DNA of 32,000 bases from Pseudomonas aeruginosa (GTDB taxonomy: Bacteria; Pseudomonadota; Gammaproteobacteria; Pseudomonadales; Pseudomonadaceae): the NCBI RefSeq assembly GCF_001457615.1, contig NZ_LN831024.1, positions 2,580,001 to 2,612,000 of the forward strand, written 5' to 3'. Made by a program: the position numbers and the translations under genes. Of the stretch, positions 27,136-32,000 are shown in pieces. The notes beneath the pieces are model-generated. The model was not told the DNA's origin. It made no database searches and saw nothing but the letters and a program-made list of their open reading frames with translations. Each line of letters begins with the position of its first letter. The stretch's first letter is position 1.

Positions 27136-27903
27136 GTGCGTATCGAAAATCGAGTGTTCCTGGTTACCGGCGGCAGCTCCGGCCTCGGCGCCGCCACCGC
27201 GAAGATGCTGGTGGAGCAGGGTGGCAAGGTGGTGCTGGCCGACATCAACGCCGAGGCCGGCGCGGCCAAGGCCGCCGAGCTTGGCGCCCAGGCGCGCTTC
27301 GTCAGGGCCGACATCGCCAGCGAGGCCGACGGCCGCCAGGCCGTGGCCGCTGCACTGGAGGCCTTCGGCGGCCTCCATGGCCTGGCCAATTGCGCGGGCG
27401 TGGCGCCGGCCGAGAAGGTCCTCGGACGCAATGGCATCCATGCCCTGGAGAGTTTCCGCCGGGTCATCGACATCAACCTGGTGGGCAGTTTCAACATGCT
27501 GCGCCTGGCCGCCGAGGCCATGTCCCAGGGCCAGCCGGACGAGGGCGGCGAGCGCGGGGTGATCGTCAATACCGCCTCGGTGGCGGCGTTCGACGGGCAG
27601 ATCGGCCAGGCCGCCTATTCCGCCTCGAAGAGCGGGGTGGTTGGCATGACCCTGCCCATCGCCCGCGAGCTGGCGCGCTTCGGCATCCGAGTGATGACCA
27701 TCGCCCCGGGCATCTTCGAGACACCGATGATGGCCGGCATGCCCCAGGAGGTGCGCGACTCCCTCGGCGCCAGCGTGCCGTTCCCGCCGCGCCTGGGGCG
27801 TCCGGACGAATACGCCGCGCTGGTCCGGCAGATCATCGAGAACAGCATGCTCAACGGCGAAGTGATTCGCCTCGACGGCGCCATCCGCATGGCCGCCCGC
27901 TAA
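27136..27903 (+). CDS. short-chain dehydrogenase, 3-hydroxyacyl-CoA dehydrogenase type II (HSD17B10-like; 3-hydroxy-2-methylbutyryl-CoA dehydrogenase type)
   Basis: 255 aa from a GTG start after AGGAGA. Contains TGGSSGLG and [20 protein letters not shown]. The C-terminus ([20 protein letters not shown]) is nearly identical in pattern to human HSD17B10 as I remember it. Confidence 0.88.
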   Translation: MRIENRVFLVTGGSSGLGAATAKMLVEQGGKVVLADINAEAGAAKAAELGAQARFVRADIASEADGRQAVAAALEAFGGLHGLANCAGVAPAEKVLGRNGIHALESFRRVIDINLVGSFNMLRLAAEAMSQGQPDEGGERGVIVNTASVAAFDGQIGQAAYSASKSGVVGMTLPIARELARFGIRVMTIAPGIFETPMMAGMPQEVRDSLGASVPFPPRLGRPDEYAALVRQIIENSMLNGEVIRLDGAIRMAAR

Positions 27904-27920
27904 TACAGGAGGAAGATCCC

Positions 27921-29111
27921 ATGACCCGCGAAGATCCGATCGTCATCGTCAGCGCCGTCCGCACCCCGATGGGCGGCTTCCTCGGCGACTTCAAGGACGT
28001 CAACGCCGCTACCCTCGGCGCCGCGGCGGTGCGCGCCGCGGTGGAGCGGGCGCGCCTGCAAGCCGACGAAGTGGACGAGGCCGTGCTCGGCTGCGTGCTC
28101 GCCGCCGGCCAGGGCCAGGCGCCGGCGCGCCAGGCGGTGCTTGGCGCCGGGCTGGCGCGCGGCACGCCGTGCTCGACGCTGAACAAGATGTGCGGCTCGG
28201 GCATGAAGGCGCTGATGCTCGCCCACGACACGTTGCTCGCCGGCAGCGCCGGGGTCGCGCTGGCCGGGGGCATGGAAAGCATGTCCAACGCGCCCTACCT
28301 GCTGGAGCGCGCCCGTAGCGGCTACCGCATGGGCCACGGCAAGGTGCTCGACCACATGTTCCTCGACGGCCTCGAAGACGCCTACGACAAGGGCCGCCTG
28401 ATGGGCACCTTCGCCGAGGACTGCGCCGAGGCCTACGGCTTCACCCGCGAAGCACAGGACGAGTTCGCCGTGGCCTCGCTGACCCGCGCGCAGCAAGCCA
28501 TGCGCGACGGACGCTTCCAGGCCGAGATCGTGCCGCTGACGGTCACCGCCGGCAAGACCGAGCGCCTGGTGGATAGCGACGAGCAGCCGCCGAAGGCCCG
28601 GCTGGACAAGATCCCGACCCTGAAGCCGGCGTTCCGCGAAGGCGGCACGGTAACCGCGGCCAACTCCAGTTCGATTTCCGACGGTGCCGCCGCGCTGGTC
28701 CTGATGCGCCTTTCCGAGGCCGAGCGACGCGGGCTCGCGCCGTTGGCGGCGATCCGTGGGCATGCTTCGTTCGCCGACGCGCCGAACCTGTTCCCCACCG
28801 CGCCGGTCGGTGCGGTGAAGCGCCTGATGCAGCGTACCGGCTGGTCGCTGGGCGAGGTCGACCTGTTCGAGGTCAACGAAGCCTTCGCCGTGGTCGGCAT
28901 GGCGGCGATGCGCGACCTCGACCTGTCCCACGAACGCCTCAACGTCCACGGCGGCGCCTGTGCGCTGGGCCACCCGATCGGCGCATCCGGCGCACGGATC
29001 GTCGTGACCCTGCTCAACGCCCTGCAGCAGTACGACCTGGAACGCGGCGTGGCGGCGGTCTGCATCGGCGGCGGCGAGGCGACCGCGATCGCCGTCGAGC
29101 GCTTGCACTGA
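27921..29111 (+). CDS. acetyl-CoA C-acyltransferase (thiolase II type)
   Basis: The ATG at 27921 follows AGGAGGAAG and gives 396 aa. Active-site blocks present ([39 protein letters not shown]). Confidence 0.92.
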   Translation: MTREDPIVIVSAVRTPMGGFLGDFKDVNAATLGAAAVRAAVERARLQADEVDEAVLGCVLAAGQGQAPARQAVLGAGLARGTPCSTLNKMCGSGMKALMLAHDTLLAGSAGVALAGGMESMSNAPYLLERARSGYRMGHGKVLDHMFLDGLEDAYDKGRLMGTFAEDCAEAYGFTREAQDEFAVASLTRAQQAMRDGRFQAEIVPLTVTAGKTERLVDSDEQPPKARLDKIPTLKPAFREGGTVTAANSSSISDGAAALVLMRLSEAERRGLAPLAAIRGHASFADAPNLFPTAPVGAVKRLMQRTGWSLGEVDLFEVNEAFAVVGMAAMRDLDLSHERLNVHGGACALGHPIGASGARIVVTLLNALQQYDLERGVAAVCIGGGEATAIAVERLH

Positions 29112-29139
29112 TGCAGGCAGTGAAGAAGAGGAACCCGCG

Positions 29140-30267
29140 ATGATTCCCTGCGAAGAAGAGATCCAGATCCGTGACATGGCGCGGCAGTTCGCCCAGGAAC
29201 GGCTGAAACCGTTCGCCGCCGACTGGGACCGCGAGCACCGTTTCCCGGCCGAGGCGATCCGCGAGATGGCCGACCTCGGCTTCCTCGGCATGCTGGTGCC
29301 CGAGGAATGGGGCGGCGCGCAGACCGGGCACCTGGCCTACGCCATGGCCCTCGAGGAGATCGCCGCTGGCGACGGCGCCTGCTCGACCATCATGAGCGTG
29401 CACAACTCGGTCGGCTGCATGCCGATCCACAAGTTCGGCAGCGCCGAGCAGAAGGAGCGCTTCCTCCGTCCGCTGGCCCAGGGTTCGATGCTCGGCGCCT
29501 TCGCCCTGACCGAGCCGCAGGCCGGTTCCGACGCGAGCTTCCTGAAGACCCGCGCCCGCCGCGACGGTGACCACTACGTGCTGAACGGTGCCAAGCAGTT
29601 CATCACTTCGGGCAGCCACGCGGGGATGGTGATCGTCTTCGCGGTCACCGATCCGGATGCCGGAAAGCGCGGCATCAGCGCGTTCATCGTGCCCACCGAC
29701 ACGCCCGGCTACGAGGTGGTGCGGATCGAGGACAAGCTCGGCCAGCACGCCTCGGACACCTGCCAGCTGGCCTTCAACGACCTGCGTATCCCGGCCACGC
29801 TGCGCCTGGGCGAGGAGGGCGAGGGCTACCGCATCGCCCTGGCCAACCTCGAAGGCGGCCGCATCGGCATCGCCGCCCAGGCGGTCGGCATGGCGCGCGC
29901 GGCGTTCGAGGCGGCGCGCGACTACGCCCATGAGCGGGAAACCTTCGGCAAGCCGATCATCGAGCACCAGGCGGTGGCCTTCCGCCTGGCCGACATGGCC
30001 ACCCGCATCGCCGTGGCGCGGCAGATGGTCCACCACGCCGCCAGCCTGCGCGAAGCCGGCCTGCCGTGCCTGACCGAAGCCTCGATGGCCAAGCTGTTCG
30101 CCTCGGAGATGGCCGAGGAAGTCTGCTCCGCGGCGATCCAGACCCTCGGTGGCTATGGCTACCTCAAGGACTTCCCGGTGGAACGCATCTATCGGGACGT
30201 GCGGGTCTGCCAGATCTACGAGGGCACCAGCGACGTGCAGCGCCTGGTGATCGCGCGCAGCCTGTAG
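29140..30267 (+). CDS. acyl-CoA dehydrogenase (short/branched-chain type)
   Basis: 375 aa with ACAD blocks ([44 protein letters not shown]). Confidence 0.92.
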   Translation: MIPCEEEIQIRDMARQFAQERLKPFAADWDREHRFPAEAIREMADLGFLGMLVPEEWGGAQTGHLAYAMALEEIAAGDGACSTIMSVHNSVGCMPIHKFGSAEQKERFLRPLAQGSMLGAFALTEPQAGSDASFLKTRARRDGDHYVLNGAKQFITSGSHAGMVIVFAVTDPDAGKRGISAFIVPTDTPGYEVVRIEDKLGQHASDTCQLAFNDLRIPATLRLGEEGEGYRIALANLEGGRIGIAAQAVGMARAAFEAARDYAHERETFGKPIIEHQAVAFRLADMATRIAVARQMVHHAASLREAGLPCLTEASMAKLFASEMAEEVCSAAIQTLGGYGYLKDFPVERIYRDVRVCQIYEGTSDVQRLVIARSL

Positions 30268-30294
30268 CGGCGACTATCCGTCGTTTCCGCAACG

Positions 30295-30322
30295 GCGCCT
30301 TCTCCCTTCAGGGAGAGGGCGC
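30295..30322. terminator. stem-loop between convergent ACAD and LysR genes (12-bp stem with one G.U pair, loop TTCA)
   Basis: GCGCCTTCTCCC-ttca-GGGAGAGGGCGC read directly. No T-run, so it may be REP-like rather than an intrinsic terminator. Confidence 0.5.
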
Positions 30323-30383
30323 ACTGAGGCACCTCGGAAGCAAATGCCCGAGCCTCGTTCGCCCTACGCCCCTTGGCAGGCGC

Positions 30384-31316
30384 TCACGCCGGCTGCGCCG
30401 CCTTGTTCTCGCGCGCGGTGACCTGCTGGCACAGCTCGATGATCTGTTCGCGCATCCAGCGGTTGGCCGGGTCCTGGTCGGTGCTCTCGTGCCAGTACAG
30501 GTGGGTTTCCAGTTTCGGCACGTCGCTCACCGGCAGCACCGCGTAGTGCAGGTCGTGGTGACGGGCGAAGCGTTCCGGCACGGTCATCGCCATGTCGGTC
30601 TGCTGGACCACCGTGGAGGCCATCAGGTAGTGCTGCGAGCGCAGCGCGATCTTGCGCTGGATGCCCATCTTGCCCAGCGCCAGGTCGATGTAGCCGAGGC
30701 CGCTGCGGCGGCTGGAAATATGGATGTGGGTCAGGCCCAGGTAATCGTCCAGGGCCAGCTTCGGCTTGCCCGCCAGTGGGTGGCCGCGGCGCATGGCGCA
30801 GACGTAGCGGTCCTCCATCAGCTTGACGTGGCGCACCTGGGGATCGGTGTTCAGCGGCGCGTCGACGGCGAAGTCGAGGCGGCCGGCGGCGAGTTCCTTG
30901 GTGGTTTCGCGGCGCTTGGCGAGGAAGCTCTCGATATGCACGTTCGGCGCCAGGCGGCGCAAGCGCTGGAACAGCGGGGGGAGGATGACCGCTTCGGTGA
31001 GGTCGGTCATGCTGATGCGGTAGGTCTTGTTCGCCTGCTGCGGATCGAAGCTGCGGCTCTCCTGCACCGAAACCCGCAGCAACTGCAGCGCGTTGCGCAC
31101 CGGGCCGATGATGTTCTGCGCCATCGGGGTCGGCACCATGCCCTGGGCGGTGCGCACGAACAGCGGGTCGTTGAAGGTCTCGCGCAGGCGGGAAAGGGCG
31201 TTGGATACGGCTGGCTGGGTGATGCCGACGATCTGCCCGGCGCGGGTCAGGTTGGCTTCGGTATAGATCGCATCGAACACGATGAACAGGTTCAGGTCGA
31301 CTTTGTTCAGGTTCAT
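30384..31316 (-). CDS. LysR-family transcriptional regulator
   Basis: In ORF 30384..31376 the ATG at 31316 gives 310 aa, MNLNKVDLNLFIVFDAIYTEANLTRAGQIVGITQPAVSNALSRLR (typical LysR HTH). Divergent from an ACAD gene. Confidence 0.9.
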   Translation of the reverse strand: MNLNKVDLNLFIVFDAIYTEANLTRAGQIVGITQPAVSNALSRLRETFNDPLFVRTAQGMVPTPMAQNIIGPVRNALQLLRVSVQESRSFDPQQANKTYRISMTDLTEAVILPPLFQRLRRLAPNVHIESFLAKRRETTKELAAGRLDFAVDAPLNTDPQVRHVKLMEDRYVCAMRRGHPLAGKPKLALDDYLGLTHIHISSRRSGLGYIDLALGKMGIQRKIALRSQHYLMASTVVQQTDMAMTVPERFARHHDLHYAVLPVSDVPKLETHLYWHESTDQDPANRWMREQIIELCQQVTARENKAAQPA

Positions 31317-31489
31317 GGCACTGGCTCCGCGACTTTTCTTGTTATTGGGGGCTTGGATGACCCCCATATGGATCATGAATGTTCATGGACGGAAAAAATA
31401 GACTGGGCAAATCTTAAGCCCTGTTCCGGCATCGTTACCAGCGCCTTTGTCCGATGCCTCGCCTGCCAACCCGTCAGAAGGTATCCCCC

Positions 31490-32000
31490 ATGGATTTCGC
31501 CTATTCCCCCAAGGTCCAGGAGCTGCGTGAACGCGTCAGCGCGTTCATGGAAGCGCATGTCTATCCCGCCGAAGCCGTGTTCGAGCGCCAGGTCGCCGAG
31601 GGCGACCGCTGGCAGCCGACGGCGATCATGGAAGAGCTGAAGGCCAAGGCCAAGGCCGAAGGGCTGTGGAACCTGTTCCTGCCCGAGTCCGAGTACGGTG
31701 CCGGGCTGGCCAACCACGAATATGCGCCGCTGGCGGAAATCATGGGCCGTTCGCTGATCGGGCCGGAACCCTTCAACTGCGCCGCGCCGGATACCGGCAA
31801 CATGGAGGTGCTGGTGCGCTACGGCAGCGAGGAGCAGAAGCGCACCTGGCTGGAACCGCTGCTGAGCGGCGAGATCCGCTCGGCCTTCGCCATGACCGAA
31901 CCGGGCGTGGCCTCGTCCGACGCCACCAATATGGAGGCGCGCGCCGAGCGCCAGGGCGACGACTGGGTGATCAACGGGCGCAAGTGGTGGACTTCCGGCG
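31490..32000 (+). CDS. acyl-CoA dehydrogenase family protein, 5' part (runs off the window end)
   Basis: Hand translation from the ATG at 31490 (GAAGG 8 nt upstream) gives [34 protein letters not shown]...[18 protein letters not shown]...[10 protein letters not shown], an ACAD N-terminal/middle domain pattern. It is absent from the ORF track because there is no stop in the window. Confidence 0.85.
   Translation, partial: MDFAYSPKVQELRERVSAFMEAHVYPAEAVFERQVAEGDRWQPTAIMEELKAKAKAEGLWNLFLPESEYGAGLANHEYAPLAEIMGRSLIGPEPFNCAAPDTGNMEVLVRYGSEEQKRTWLEPLLSGEIRSAFAMTEPGVASSDATNMEARAERQGDDWVINGRKWWTSG

Noticed and set aside
25236-27569. 777-aa minus-strand ORF, with similar long antisense or alternate-frame ORFs at 12803..14698, 22384..24000, 27900..29291, 29014..30036, 4925..5983 and 15301..16338
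   Set aside because: All lie antisense to, or out of frame with, genes carrying unmistakable domain motifs (AMP-ligase, EAL, thiolase, ACAD, AlkB, SulP). Their translations are low-complexity R/A/G/P-rich with no motifs, as expected for stop-codon-poor frames at high G+C.

Overview
High-G+C, Pseudomonas-type chromosomal window with about 30 protein-coding genes and one tRNA. I found no CRISPR array, transposase, integrase or phage gene. Several proteins are recognisable from memory: LecA/PA-IL lectin, AlkB1 alkane hydroxylase, KynA tryptophan 2,3-dioxygenase, MdaB, a YN-GYP response regulator and a CtpH-type chemoreceptor. On that basis the window looks like the P. aeruginosa PAO1 PA2580->PA2550 region read in descending locus order. 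No database search was possible, so all locus tags and names are recollection only. Layout, left to right: mdaB; kynA; an Lrp-GNAT operon; a DMT exporter; a nitroreductase; alkB1; an MCP; a REC-YN-GYP regulator; a soluble histidine kinase; tRNA-Leu(UAA); a low-G+C lecA islet with a lux-type box; two small orphan genes; a GAF-degenerate GGDEF-EAL protein; a tiny membrane ORF; a SulP/STAS transporter; a CigR/RcnB-like periplasmic protein; a second MCP (ctpH); four small uncharacterised genes including an untracked 48-aa Cys4 ORF; an MgtC-like gene. The window ends with an acyl-CoA activation/beta-oxidation cluster: two AMP-ligases, AraC, an HSD17B10-like SDR, a thiolase, two ACADs and LysR. I see no clearly new multi-gene system. 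The most interesting items are: (1) the MCP / YN-GYP regulator / pseudo-receiver kinase module beside alkB1 and lecA; (2) a perfect CRP/Vfr-type site at 19692-19707; (3) a perfect 16-bp palindrome overlapping a promoter-like element at 22297-22312; (4) a 34-bp near-perfect palindrome between divergent genes at 4751-4784; (5) the cluster of small orphan genes at 19.7-21.4 kb. The many long alternative-frame ORFs in the track are treated as GC-rich shadow ORFs.
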